This document shows positions 1-14,624 of a stretch of 64,000 nucleotides of DNA, piece by piece (position 1 is the first letter of the stretch; every line of letters begins with the position of its first letter). The notes under the pieces were generated by a model. That model was not told the DNA's origin. It did not search any database and saw nothing but the letters and a program-made list of their open reading frames with translations. Both the position numbers and the translations under genes were made by a program. This DNA comes from the human T2T-CHM13v2.0 reference genome, Homo sapiens: the NCBI RefSeq assembly GCF_009914755.1, contig NC_060936.1. One strand, 5' to 3'.

Positions 1-755
1 ATCCGCTGATCTGTCATAGACTCTTGTTTGTTATTGAAGCCACTGAGCCATAGAGATGAATTGAGACAGCTTCCTGCTCTGTAGCCTTGAGCAGGTTTTC
101 CTGCTCTGATTGCTACTGAAAGCTGGCAGGTTCTGGGTTACTCAGTATATTGATCAGAGAAGCAATCCCAAATGTCAGTATATGTTTCCTCCAAAATGTG
201 AAGACGCTATACTTTCAGGATCTGTAGGAACAATCGTGAAGAGAGTTCATGGACTCCCTGGGCCTATTGTGACACTAACTTGGACCAAAACTTCATTTTC
301 CCCTGACCCCCATGAGCTCTCATTCTAAGCACAGGTGTACTTAGAGTCCCCAGGGATTAGCATTAGCGTAGAGCCAGTGTTCAATACTATTCTGAATATC
401 TGCCCTTTCTGCTCTATACTACTCTGCTACATGTCGGCATGTTCTGCTGGGAAAGGCTAGATTTTCAGTAGGTAGGACTTGAGGTTCTACCACAAGGGCT
501 TTAAGTATAAACCAGCCCCCTCACCCTTCCTCTAAGGAGCTTTGGGCCTGGGATTGGCTGAGGAGTCCTACCTTACATCACAGTGACTCATAGACTTCAT
601 TTCATCAAACCTCAAGTGTTTTTATACTTTCAGGTATGTAAATAAAGAAGAACCTTAGAAGGTTATCTATTTATTTTAATCTTAGATGTCCTGTGATCTC
701 AGCCACTGTCAAAGATCCCTGTGGCTCAAGTCATTTTTCATATGTTCACACATTC

Positions 756-756
<1 letters not shown>

Positions 757-786
<30 letters not shown>

Positions 787-1072
787 AGAGAAAGGGTCTT
801 GCTCTGTCACCCAGGCTGGAGTGCAGTGGCACAATCATAGCTCACTGTAACCTCAAACTCCAGGGCTCAAGCTATCCTCACCTCTCAATCTCCTGACTAA
901 CTATGACTAAAGACATATACCAGTACACCCAGCTAATTAAAAAAATATGTTCTGTAGACAGAGGGTCTTGCTATGTTGCCCTGGCTAGTCTCGAACTCCT
1001 GGGTTCAAGCAGTCCCCCTGCCTTGGCCTCCGAAGGCTCTAGGATTACAGGTGTGAGCCACTGCGCCTGGCC
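757..1072 (-). mobile_element. Alu (old, J-like)
   Basis: Antisense dimer with T-rich tail; TSD TATGTTCACA(C/A)ATTCT. Confidence 0.9.
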
Positions 1073-1084
1073 TATGTTCACAAA

Positions 1085-1442
1085 TTCTGTGGGTCAGAAA
1101 TTTATAAAGGACACAGAGAAGAATATAGTCTGAGGTCCTCTCCACATAGGCCTTTCATGTGATCTCTCATTATGGGCCAGTTTGGGTTTCCTTGTAGAAT
1201 ACTGTCTGGAGACCAAGGATGAGCATTCTCGAGAGAGATGCAAGCAGGTGCTTTATCACCTTTTCTGATCTAACCTTGAAGTCACACTGAATCATTGCTG
1301 TAATCAATGGCTCATTTATGTGCTAAGGAAGAGAAGCTAGACCTCCACCTCTCAATTGAGGAGTGCCAACATCACATTGTAAGAGTATGTGAAATGGGAT
1401 GTATATTAATGCAGCTCTCTTTAGAAAACATATTCTGCTACA
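1085..1442 (-). mobile_element. Degraded MLT1-type MaLR LTR fragment
   Basis: MLT1-like motifs TAGACCTCCACCTCTC...CATCACATTGT...TCTGCTACA. Confidence 0.5.
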
Positions 1443-1708
1443 AATAGGAAGCACCAGTTTTTTTTATCATCACCATACTGGTTCTAGAGGACTTACAATA
1501 GACAGGGCTTGTTGATCCCCTTCATGCAGAAATGATGGTTGTAATATTTCATTGTATATATATCCATACATACACACATTGAATTTGTGTACCTTACAGT
1601 ACACAATATAGCTACAAATAATGCCATCAATGAAGCCATCTGAATGTGTGCATGAACATTTAAGAAAGTTTTATTTCATTTCAGTGTCATAAGAGTATTG
1701 ACCATCTC

Positions 1709-2466
1709 CATTAGAGAAATGCAAATCAAAACCACAATGAGATACCATCTCACACCAGTTAGAATGGCAGTCATTAAAAAGTCAGGAAATAACAGATGCT
1801 GGAGAGGATGTGGAGAAATAGGAATGCTTTTACACTGTTGGTGGGAGTGTACATTAGTTCAACCATTGTGGAAGACAATGTGGTGATTCCTCAAGGATCT
1901 AGAACCAGAAATACCATTTGACCCAGCAAATGGTATACTGGGTATACTGGGTGTATACCCAAAGGATTATAAATCATTCTATAAAGACACATGCACACGT
2001 TTGTTTATTGCAGCACTGTTCACAATAGCAAAAACTTGGAACCAACCTAAATGCCCATCAATGATAGACTGGATAAAGAAAATGTGGCACGTATACACCA
2101 TGGAATACTAATGCAGCCATAAAAAAAGATGAGTTCATGTCCTTTGCAGGGACATGGATGAAGCTGGAAACCATCATTCTCAGCAAACTAACACAGGAAC
2201 AGAAAACCAAACACTGCATGTTCTCACTCATAAGTGGAAGTTGAAAAATGAGAACATAGGGACATAGGGAGGGCAACATCACACACTGGGGCCTGTTGGG
2301 GAGTGGGAAACTCGGGGAGAAATAGCATTAGGAGAAATACCTACTATAGATGAGGGGTTGATGGGTGCAGCAAACCACCATGGCACATGTATGTCTATGT
2401 AACAAACCTGCATGTTCTGCACATGTATCCCATAAAATATAATAAAAAAATAATAAAATTTAAAGA
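1709..2466 (+). mobile_element. 5'-truncated L1PA (ORF2 end, 3' UTR, A tail)
   Basis: ORF2 C-terminal text [19 protein letters not shown]; G-rich 3' UTR; 18 bp TSD AAGAGTATTG(A/G)CCATCTC at 1691 and 2467. Confidence 0.95.
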
Positions 2467-2586
2467 AAGAGTATTGGCCATCTCCTCAGGATTTTAAATT
2501 CTGATCAGGAGTTATTAAACAAATGTTTATAGGCCCTGTCATGTTTGTTATAATTATTAATAACTATTGAACTTCTTCCAGATTAA

Positions 2587-2967
<381 letters not shown>

Positions 2968-4057
2968 GTGTTTTTATTTTCTAACTCTAAAACTAAATGA
3001 ACTATTTTGAAGATGGAATGCCATGCCGAACTTTTCAGTCTTAATAATATAACCAACCTTAGCAGTCTGCCTGAATGCAGAAGTTAAGTGAATATTATTA
3101 AATTCCAAAAATCCAGATATCATATCAACATATGATAGTAAATTCTAACTAAAAAAACTATGCATTGGAGCGTGGGTGTATTCTCTGGGAGGTAGTGAGC
3201 AACTTTTTACAGAAACATTTAAGGAGAGAGGAACAATTCTTCAGTGAATAGTAGGTCAGATAATTTGGGCATTTTCCAACGCCATCTCCTATGCCCCTTG
3301 TCCTCCAAGGCACATTAGATGACTCAGTCTTTCTGGAACATCCATACACAGCCTCTGTACATTCCATTTCTTCTTGGGATGTCACCTTCCCAGCCCATTC
3401 TCTGACAAGCAAATTCCTGTTCAGCCTTAAAGACACAAATCAAGTCATCTCTTCTGTGAAGCCTTCTCTTATACTCTGGAGGCCAAAATATTCATGTCTT
3501 CTTTTGTAGTCACAAAGCACTTTGTAAATATGCTACTATTACTACACTGCTTGCTTCGGGGGAGGTGGAGAGGGAGAGAGAGGGAGAAGGGAGTGAGTAA
3601 TAGCTAATCTTTGTTTCCTATGCAGTACTCAGCAATCAAGAATAGTTTATTGCATAAATTATCAATTCTAAAAATCTGTCATTCCAAGGGCAGGAGAGCT
3701 GTTAATAATGCAGATTCCTAGTCTTAATCACACTTTGAGGAGGGTGGATCTTTTTGACAAGCAGTTCAAGTGATCTGTGGAACAGACTTTGACCATCTCT
3801 GCTCTAGGCTGGGCACTACTCTTTCTGCCCAGCCTACTCTTGCCTAAGAGCTCATTTTAGCTTCTCCTGTTCTTAGTTAACCTTGCTTTTCACATTTTCT
3901 AAGCCATTTATTTAACTCTGAATTCTTCCATAAGATTACTTTCATTTAGCTTTCAGATGTGGATAAACATTCTGGACTACCTGCCCTAGAATTTAGTTTT
4001 TTAGCTGACATATAATTTCGTATATATTTGTTCAATTAACCTACATTCATAAGGACT

Positions 4058-4089
4058 CTGTATGTGTGTATGTGTGTGTGTGTGCGCGC
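4058..4089. repeat. (TG)n/(CG)n microsatellite
   Basis: tgtatgtgtgtatgtgtgtgtgtgtgcgcgc. Confidence 0.85.
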
Positions 4090-4130
4090 CCATGCACATA
4101 TGCACCCACAACATTTGAAACATTATGGAG

Positions 4131-4432
4131 TTTATTTATTTATTTATTTTTGAGATAGGATCTTGCTCTGTTTCCCAGGCTGGAGTACAGTGGGACGATC
4201 ACGGCTCACTGCAGCCTTGACTTCCTGGTCTCAAGCAGTCCTCCCACTTCAGCTTTCTGAGTAGCGGTGACTACAGGTGTGTACTACCATGCCTGGCTGA
4301 TTATTTAATACTTTGTAAAGATGAGATCTCACTTTGTTGCCCAGTGTGGTCTTGAACTCCTGAGCTCAAGTGATCCTCCTGCCTCATCCTCCCAACATGT
4401 TGGGATTACAGGCTTGAGCCACTGCACCTGAC
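4131..4432 (-). mobile_element. Alu (J-like)
   Basis: Antisense Alu with (TTTA)n tail. Confidence 0.9.
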
Positions 4433-5782
4433 TGTTAATGGAGTTTATAAATGGCTCAGTTATACTTTTTATTTCACAGTGTTTTCTGATTATATGCTCA
4501 TACTGTCAAAAGTATCACTAAAATTACAATGATAGCTGACAGATATTTCTTATAGGAGTTCAGAAAATGAGGGATTATGGTATAAAATATAATTAAACAT
4601 GTGTTCCAGTAGATAATGTTTTAAGAATTCATTTTGTAACCAAATTTATTTGGAAATCATTTAATCAGCTGCATGCATGTTTTCAGCTGTATTATGTCTT
4701 TCAGTACTACCCTCCCTAACCAAATGAAGTCAATGGAAAACTGGAGAAACAAATTTCCTCATTTCTGTTTCTTAGATAATTCCTAACATAGAACCCAGTC
4801 CCTGATATTTAACTAAGTAGACCACAGGATTTATGCAATAATCTTTAAATGATTCAGTAACAGAAGAAAGTTAATTCTGCCTACTCTGCCCAAATGATTG
4901 AAATGCAGTCCTCTCAAGACACTTATCACAAAGAACCTACTCAAAAACGATTCTATTAAAATATAAATCCCATTGTGGTTGGCAGAAAAAAAAATGCTGT
5001 TATAAATCTTGACAAACCCTAACATATGATAATGGAAAACTAAGTAATAATAAGTACGTAATCAAGCATTCCATGTTGTGTGATGATACTGTCTTTTCTT
5101 AATAAACTCATTGGAAGACTTTATGTTATTCTTGTCAGGATAGCCCACTCGGTTCCATGAACTTTGTTCATGAATGCAAAAGTTCAAAAAATCTTTTTCG
5201 AAAATATTTTTTCAAAGAAGTTATTTCATCCAAGTTCAGGCAGCAAACAATATGGGCTCTAGTGAAGGTTATTTGTGCAATAATGATATTAGAAGCCTGG
5301 AAATGCTGCCTTTGCAAATGAAAAACAAAATAGGTCAGAACTATATGAAGAAATTTCTCTAAGGAAATGCTATTGTCCTCCATGACCAAAGGCATTATGT
5401 CTATAAATTCACCTAAGTGAAATTACATCCATGGCACCGGAAACCAACCCTGAAGCCAAATTGAAACAGGAGGGAACAAGCAAAGACTTACAGTGCATTT
5501 CTCTGAGGATGTACCAGGAAGACAAAGGACTGCAACAGACTTGCCTCAACCCATCAGCTCTCAGGAGGACTACATCAATTCCATTCCAATAAAAATACTA
5601 CACTGGTGCTCCAAGAGAGGGATGCAGAGGGCAGGGGATCTCCTTGTCCTAAATCAGGAGCTCCAAAGAGAGAAGACTAGGAATCCCTAAAGATAGAGAT
5701 ATGGAAAGCAGTAGTTAGGACCACTCTGCAGTCTGAATCCCAGCTTTTCCATTTGCCATTGGGACCTTGAGAAAGTTTTCTT

Positions 5783-6072
5783 CTTCTTTTAGACAGAGTC
5801 TTGCTCTGTCACCGAAGCTGGAGTGCAAGTGGTATAATCTCAGCTCACTGCAGCCTCCGCCTCCTGGGTTTAAGTGATTCTCTTGTCTCAGCCTCCCAAG
5901 TAGCTGGGATTATGGGTGTGTGCCACCACGCCCTGCTAATTTTTGTATTTTCAGTAGAGATGGGGTTTTACCCTGCTGTCCAGGCTGGTCTCAAACTCCT
6001 GACCTCAAGTGATCTGCCCGCCTCAACCTCCCAAAGTGTTGGAATTACAGGCGTGAGCCATGGTACCTGGCC
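5783..6072 (-). mobile_element. Alu (S-like) inserted in a MIR
   Basis: TSD AGAAAGTTTTCTT; MIR core CCTCAGTTTCCTCATC follows. Confidence 0.9.
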
Positions 6073-6542
6073 AAGAAAGTTTTCTTAAGTCCCTCTGTCC
6101 CTCAGTTTCCTCATCCAAAAATGGAAGTAATTATAATATTTGCTCGTTTGAATTAATGCAACACTTGACATATAGTCAATAAATGCTGGTTGTGATGATG
6201 ACGTTACCATGTAGGTTGTTATTTGTGGTCCTCCCCAAATGAGAGACATCCATGGTGGAACTATTATGAAGCCTCGAAAACCACCAGGCTTGAACAATCT
6301 AGAAATAAAAGGCATTTGTGTGACTGGATTCTCGAGTTCTTTTTCCAGCACCGTGCTTTGGACTTTCATTTCTAATTTATGTAAAAATTCTGGCAATCTA
6401 CGATGATACACTAAGTGAATTGAGAAGGAATCTAGGGAGGATCTGAGTTAGGCTTCACGGTAACTTGAGAATAAAGATTTAAGGAAATGGAGCCATAATG
6501 ATTTTTAAGAATTTGATGTTTGCCTTAAAATGTAGCTTTTCA

Positions 6543-6825
6543 GACCAGGTGTGATGGCTCACACCTGTAACCCCAGCACTCTTAGAGGCCAGGGTGGGAC
6601 AATTGAGCCCAGGAGTTCGAGACCAGCCTGGACAACCAAAGGAGACAGACACCTTCTCTACAAAAAATTAGCTGGGTGTGGTGGAGTAGCTGTAGTCCTA
6701 GCTACTCAAGAGGCTAGGCAGCAGGATTGCTTGAGCCCCAAGAGTTCAAGGCTGCAGTTAGCTATGATCTCACCACAGCACTCCAGCCTGGGTCACAGAG
6801 CAAGTCCTTGACTCTTGAAAAAAAA
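6543..6825 (+). mobile_element. Alu (J-like)
   Basis: Sense Alu dimer. Confidence 0.9.
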
Positions 6826-9675
6826 TTCTTTCCAGGCAATGTTAGTTTTAAAAAGTTGCTAGAGTATTGTTAAGTATAGATCACTTAATCTATGTCACTC
6901 TTTGGAAAGAATGCAGTGCATAAAAAGAATACTCAAATTTTGATCTCAGATTATTTTCTCCAATGTAAAAAAGTACTTTCCATCCAAAAATCCATCCACA
7001 CAACCTCAGACTTTCCAAAAAAGCAAGAATTTTTTTAAAAATCTCACATGAAACTTCAGCATACCTAATACAGAACTTTACACACTCAGTGAAAGTTTTT
7101 GACCTTTTCAGAAGCATGTCAATGTAATTCTTCTGGTCAAATCTTAGGTTATCATTTGAGAGAGACATTTCTTTTAAACCCATTTCTCCCCAAAAAACTA
7201 AATAGCAAAGAATTCAAACTGAGTTAACTTAGAAATATTTAAAATCTGTTTTGATTACATGTGGTTATGAATTGTTCTTTCCTAACGCACTTAGTATATC
7301 TCTTGTGTCAAGTATTTACCCATTGCAAAAAGGGCTCTGATGAATTTTTAGGCCTTCACACTTCACAGCTTCTACCTCCAAATTGGGAAATTTCTCCTTC
7401 GTAGAAGAGCACAATAAATTGGCACTTGCTCACACTTTATAAACTAATTGACTATAATGTAGAAAAATATATATTTTAATAGAAGGAAACAAAATATCCA
7501 ACACCTTAGAGAAAGTAAGCAATAAGAAAATCATGGTTCTCTTGTGAACATTTTTCTAATGCAAAGTGCTGGCCCCTAAGGAAGGACCTACCACACTCCT
7601 CCTCTTTGCTGGCTGGAATACTGGCTTAGTCAGGGTTCCCAGCCATCTCCCCAGTGGGCAGGATCTCTTCTGGGAAAAATACTGTGACAGTGTTTGTAGT
7701 CCTGCCTTCTGCTGGGTTCTTTCTTGGTGTACCTCCAAGAATAGAATCATAGAAATGTAGAGCTAGAAATTATTTTGGAGATTTTGCATATTTGAAAAAA
7801 TGAAGTCCAGAAAAGGGAAGTAATTTACCCAAGGCCTAACACCTAATAGACAATAGGACTGGAGCCCTATCTAATGGTCTCCATTGCTTCCAAACCCAAC
7901 TGCTGCTTTGGAAGAACTCAGAATCCATAATTTCACAGACATTTTTAGCTTCGTATTATTGTTATTAATAGATGTAGAACTATATGTGCAGAAGATAAAC
8001 ATTCAGTGATTCAATCATTAAAATAACATTTGCATAACATGTTGTGAATGTATTGTATATAATAGACAACCAAATTTACTAAAATTTATAATGTCTATAT
8101 TTTTTAAAAGTTTAAACACTGTGAAAATAATGTCATCATCTTGAATAAAAATGTATCCGTGTTATCATTAACGAATTCAACCAACATTTTTGCAGTTTCA
8201 CCATTAGCAGACATAGTCATAAGTGTGAAAATATAGAAAAGACAGAAAACAGGTCTTGTTCTCACCTCGCCAGCAAATTGGGAAGGCTGACATAAAACAG
8301 GCAAGTATGATACTGTGTGTTTCCAGCTGTGATATCACGTGGCGTGAGTCCCATGGCAGCACAAATGAGGGGCACTTAACTGTGGTAGAAGAAAAAGAAG
8401 GCTCCCTCAAGTAGGTAACACCAAACTTGAAGCTTAAAATAAAGGAGATTTAGGAACAAAGGGCATTAAAAGGAGAGAGAACAGCCTGTGCCAAGCAAGT
8501 AGGTTGACAGCACGTGGCAGATTTGGAGAGCAAGTACATCCATATGGCTGCATCCCAGAATTAAATGAGGGTGAAGACAGGCAGGGACCAGATCACAAAG
8601 AGCTTTGTGCATCATGCTAAAACATTTCAGTTTTACCAGAAAATAGTGAGAAGGTGTTGAATAATTGTATGCTGTAAATTAAACAATGTGACTGAAATTA
8701 TACTATAAAACTCTATGTTGTGTTGGTTTGGTTTTTCCCTGCTCCTTAATATCAGATACCTTGGTAGAACACCTAAGAGTAGAATGTGGTAAGACCACCA
8801 GAATCTAGTTGTGGTTGTAGAGCTGACGAAAATCTCAATGTCTGCATCTATAAAATGGAAATTGTTATAGGGTTGTAAAAAGTACACAAGTTAAGTCCTG
8901 TTAAGCATTTGCGTCTGCTGTATTGCAAACACTCAATAAATAGAAACTGGCATCATCTTCGTCATCGTTGTAAAAAGCTGAATTGCAGAAAATGGATTAG
9001 AATGCCGAGAGTTCATTTTAACATCTGGACTTAAGAACAGTTGTCTGATTCTGCTTAATCTATATTGCTTACGATAATAGAGCTCCTTTAAGAGAACTAC
9101 TTTGTCAGAGGCATGGCTAGGAAAAGACATCAGTTAGCAAAATACACTGATTATGTATTTGAAAGGAAATTTTCCACTGATTTTGTTGTCCAAGAGAATG
9201 TACGAAAAGAAAACTTGGGTTTCAGCAGTTAGGAGCAGTATCCTGAGAAGAGCTATGTGCTTGAATTTATTAGTTACAGGTAGAAGACAGAAATGCCAAG
9301 GTTCATAGATAGCAATTGGGGATAAAAATAAACTTTTTTATGCCTCCCTCTGTTGACGGACAGGTCACCAAAAGAGAGAGTATATTATGCTTTTAATTTG
9401 CTATTACATGGTAACTAATAGTTTATAAAATACCCTTACACCATAATGACTGAAGTTTATTTTTTGCTGTGTTTTTGTATTTGGAATACTTTCTGTCCTT
9501 GTGCCAAATTGGAAATTTGGAATATAGTTTAGTAATTTCAATTTGGTTGTATTTAAAAATTAGGGAGGCCTAAATTAGATTTACTGTCTTTATAATGCCA
9601 TCTTTCTATAAAAAAAGACTGTATCTCAATGTTCCATAAAATAATAGGTTTACTTTCTGTATTCTATTTTGTTAG

Positions 9676-9803
9676 TGCTCCTATATCCCTCCCTGTAAGA
9701 GAGAAAATCAGAAGAATTTGGAAAGTGTCATGAATTGGCAACAGTACTGGAAAGATGAGATTGGTTCCCAGCCATTTACTTGCTATTTTAATCAACATCA
9801 AAG
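9676..9803 (+). CDS. KCNMB4: KCNMB4 coding exon 2 (extracellular loop of BK channel beta-4)
   Basis: Polypyrimidine tract and TTAG acceptor before 9676; AG|GTAAGT donor after 9803. The 128 bp translate to [42 protein letters not shown](R), which I recognise as KCNMB4. Not in the ORF track because it is an internal exon. Confidence 0.97.
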
Positions 9804-10439
9804 GTAAGTCAATATTTGCATGTGCGTGTTAAAATTGTTTGTAGACTCTGCAGCTTATTACACTGTTATATCGTAGATTATGCCCACTTGACAGCATGGA
9901 GATAGCCTCAACTCTTCTTTGCGTGTAATTAGGGAAACCCATATAATGAATCTGCAGGACAGAGAAAAAGACTTGTGTTGTACACCTTACCCTGTGAATA
10001 TACTACAAAATGATAGTGACTTTAGGTAGGAACATTACTTTGCATTTCCTAAGAATTGCAGATTGATGCACATAAGCTAAGCAATGTGCAGATTTGCCAG
10101 CACTTTTAGACTGCATCGAATCTTACCTTTCCTTTTCCTTTCTATTCTGATGAAGCGTCAATAACGTGAGTTCACACCATTAAAACCTTACTTGACTTAG
10201 TACTCAGTTTATACCATATAAACCATGTAAAGATGGTTCCTTGGACTAGGGCACTTTGGTACCCACTCAGATTAATCAGTAATTTATTCATCAAACATTT
10301 ATTGAGTATTCACAATTCCTTGCTGTACATCTCCACTTGGATGTTCCAGGGTTACCGCAAACCTTCACTTGCTCCCATAATCTCTGTCTTAGAAAATGGC
10401 ATGACCATTCACTCATTTACCAAATCCAGAAACCTTTGA

Positions 10440-10790
<351 letters not shown>

Positions 10791-11038
10791 CACATCATGT
10801 TGATTTTTACCTGTATCATGACTCTTCTCTGCCTCCCCACTATCACTGTCTTAGTTTACATCCAGATTTCTCAGCTCCATTAACGCAATAGTCTTGTAAC
10901 AAGTCTTCCGCCTCCACCGTGGACCCACTCCAAGCCACTCTCCATAGTACTGCCAAGGTAATCTTTCTAACACATGAGTCTAATCAGGTTACTCTGCATA
11001 GTTTTCAGAATAAAGCTCAAACATCTTGGCATGGCCTA

Positions 11039-11491
11039 TGTCAGATACCTATTGCTGCATAACAAACCACCCTAAACGTAGTGGCTTACTACAGCAATGA
11101 CACTTTTTTTTTTTTTTTTTATGATTCTGTGGGTTGGCTGTGCTCATTTGTAGTCGGATGATGGCTGAAATAGCTGCATGGTTCAAGATGGCCTCCTCCC
11201 TCACATGCCCAGCAGTCAGTGCTGGCTGTCAGCTGGGGCGCCTCAGTATCCCCACCACCTGGCCTCTCATTCTTCAGTAGGCTAGATTGCCTTCCTTACA
11301 ACGTGGCAGCCTCAGATAGCATTTCAAGAGAGGTAGGCCTCGGCTCTGGAATTTGAATAATATCACTTCTGACACCTTCTATTGGTCAAAGCAAGTCATG
11401 AAGCCAGCCGTATTCATGAGGTTCTGGAGTAGGCTTTGCCTCTTGATAGGAGGAGCTGCAAAACATTTGTCACCACATTTAATCTACCACA
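11039..11491 (-). mobile_element. MLT1-type MaLR LTR
   Basis: TGTCAG...ATTGCTGCATAACAAACCACCCTAAA...AATCTACCACA ends. Confidence 0.65.
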
Positions 11492-11827
11492 GGATACAAG
11501 GCTTCTCAAGATCTTGTCCCAGACTGTCACTTCTCCAACCTCATTTCCTTGCTCAAACTCTTTGCAATAGCCATTCTGAACTATGTGCACTTCCCAGAAT
11601 ATTTTATACTTTTATATGTATGCCTTTTTATTTGCTTTTCCTGCTTCTTGGCGGCCATACTGGAAATTCCTCAGATATCACCTTCTCTGGGGTGCCTTCC
11701 TTGATCCCCAATTTTGATTTAGTTCTGTATCAGTTGAGATGTGATGTGTTGCAGGTAATCAGAATTTTGACTCAAAGCATCATAAAGAAATTAGGAAATG
11801 TATTATTTTATACATCAAGAAATGCAA

Positions 11828-12150
11828 GGCCAGGCATGGTGGTTCACGCCTGTAATCCCAACACCGTGGAAGACTGAGGCGGGAGGATCACTTGAGCCCA
11901 GGAGTTCAAGGCCAGCCTGGGCAGCGTAGGGAGACCCTGTCTCTACAAAAAATTTTAAAAATTAGCCAGGCATGATGATGTGCACCTGTAGTCCCAGCTA
12001 CTCAGGAAGCTAACATGGGAGGATCGCTTGGGTCCTACTAAGCCTTGGGAGGTTGAGGCTGCAATGAGCCATGATCACACCACTGCACTTTAGCCTGGGT
12101 GACAAAATGAGACCCTGCCTCAAAAAAAAAAAAAAAAAAAAAGGAAGAAA
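11828..12150 (+). mobile_element. Alu (J-like) inside an old MLT1-like fragment
   Basis: Sense Alu with long A tail. Confidence 0.9.
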
Positions 12151-12776
12151 GAAAAAAATGAAAATGAAGGAGAAATGCACAGGTGGACGGATGTCAGGGT
12201 TGTTTGATGCAATGACTTAATAGTGTTACCAAAACCCAGCTCCTTTTCAAATCTGGCCTCAAGGTGGCTCTTTTCACAGTTATAATATAGTTGCTTCAGT
12301 TCCAGATGTCCCAGCCAGATGCAGCAGTGTCCAAAGAGAGAAAGAGCCTGTCTTTCTTGATGCATTTTTCTTGGGATTTGGAAAACTTTTCCCATCTTCC
12401 CACAGGCAACCTCCCTTCATGTATCCTTGTTCACAGTGAGTTCCTTTGCCCACACCTAAACCAATCACAAGAAAGAACAATCAGAATCAACCCCTGACTT
12501 GGGGCTAGTGTTACATCTCTTAAGTCACTTGGAGACGGGGTATACCCCTGAGTAGATTTGGGAAGGAAGAAGAAAGGGAACAAGGTGTTGTGGAACAACC
12601 AAAAATGCCAATGAAAAGGTTGTCTCCCATATTCCATAGTCATCGTCTTTTATTTTATTTTATTTTATTTTATTTTATTTTATTTTTTCAGGAAATGTTT
12701 CTGAGTCATAATATTCCATAGGCTTCTATTTACAACTCTCTCCCAGGAGCTTGCAAGGGTTGCTTCACATAACTAG

Positions 12777-13092
<316 letters not shown>

Positions 13093-14624
13093 AGAGGAAC
13101 TTTAAAAAAAGAAAATTTACCACAGACCAATTAATTAGAATCTTTGGTGGTTGAAACCGGGCATTAGCATTTTGTAAAATCGATGCTAGGGATTCTAATC
13201 TATAACCAGAAACTACAGTCACTGTTCTGCCCTTTCACTTTTCACCCATTACTGGAATTGTTTGTATGCCCATTTTCCTCACCAGGCTGCACACTTGTTA
13301 AGGGTATGGGCCAGTCTTCTTTGTTTATGTATCTCTAATATCTAGCACAATGTCTGGGTTTCAGGTAATAAATATTTGGTGAGTGAATGAATAAGTGAAT
13401 GCAATGTGTCAAATTAAAAGGAGGGTTCTTTGCTTCCAAGGAATTAGGACTTATTGCTGAAAGCATATGCATATGCACATATAAATATGATTACATCAGC
13501 TAGAAATAGAAGGGGGAAGACTGAACATTGAGGTGGCAACAATAAAGAAATTAAGGCTTGACAATGTAAGATACCTTAGGTAAATAAGTTATGTAATATG
13601 GAGTAATGAGTTTGTAAGCTAGAAAGGTAGCTTGGGGTTAGATTTCTAATGGGTCATTAGTGTCAAACTAAAGAGATTCTTTGTCATATAGGCAATAAAA
13701 ATTTGTCAAAAGTTTTTTTTTTTTAATTGAAGACTGACATGAGTAGACCTTTTGAGTTAGAAAGTAACTGGTGTGAATGTTGAATGTATACTGGCTGGGA
13801 AAGATGGGTTAAAGGCAGAAAGAAAGGAGAGTACTGAGTGAAAAACATTTTTGAATGGTTACTGTGTGCCTGCCATTGTGAATGACATTTTGTTTAGATT
13901 ACTAAATCTCTAAATACTAGCCCCATTTAACATATGAATAAATTGCATATTTAAAAAGTTAAATAACTTCTCCAGTGCACACAACTGTTAAGTGCAAAAA
14001 CTGGAATCCAGTTAGTCTGATTCCCAAAGCTCCCATCGACTATCTGCTGGTCCTCGTAAGAGACTTTGAGGGCATAAACGAGAATAGTGGTGGTGAAAGT
14101 AGCAACAAGGATTATAGCAGTAAGATTTTTTAGTTAGAATCAACAGAACTTAATGACAATGTAAGTGATAAGGAAAAAGGTGTCAAACTTGACTGAGTGT
14201 TAGAAAAGGACAGTCTAGCTCTGAGTATGCTGAATTTGAGAGATTCTTAAAATATCCAGAAGATGCTTTGAAAGAGTTAGAAACACAGACTTTTAAGTTG
14301 AGGAGCAAGAGGTCAGAAGCAGTGCTATTCAGATGTGGGAATCATGGCGCACAAGCTGTAGTTGAAGCGAAGACAAAGAGTGCATATTGTGAACATTTAG
14401 AGTGAGGAGGGAAATGTTGACAGAATCTTAGGATCATCTACATTTAAGTTATAGGCAGAAGGAGATGAAGGAAGAGTGGCCAGAGGGTGAAAGGAAAATC
14501 AAATAAGAACGTCTTAAAAGGAGAGTATTTTAAGGAGAAGAAGTTAGTCAAGAAGAAGATAATTTAGGTACAGCCTTTGATAAGTACAGACTACTCATTC
14601 AAGAAGTTTGCCATGGACTACATC

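Noticed and set aside
11353-11877. 174 aa ORF, one of the longest outside the provirus
   Set aside because: TTG start; runs across MLT1, degraded repeat and Alu sequence; no protein-like features.
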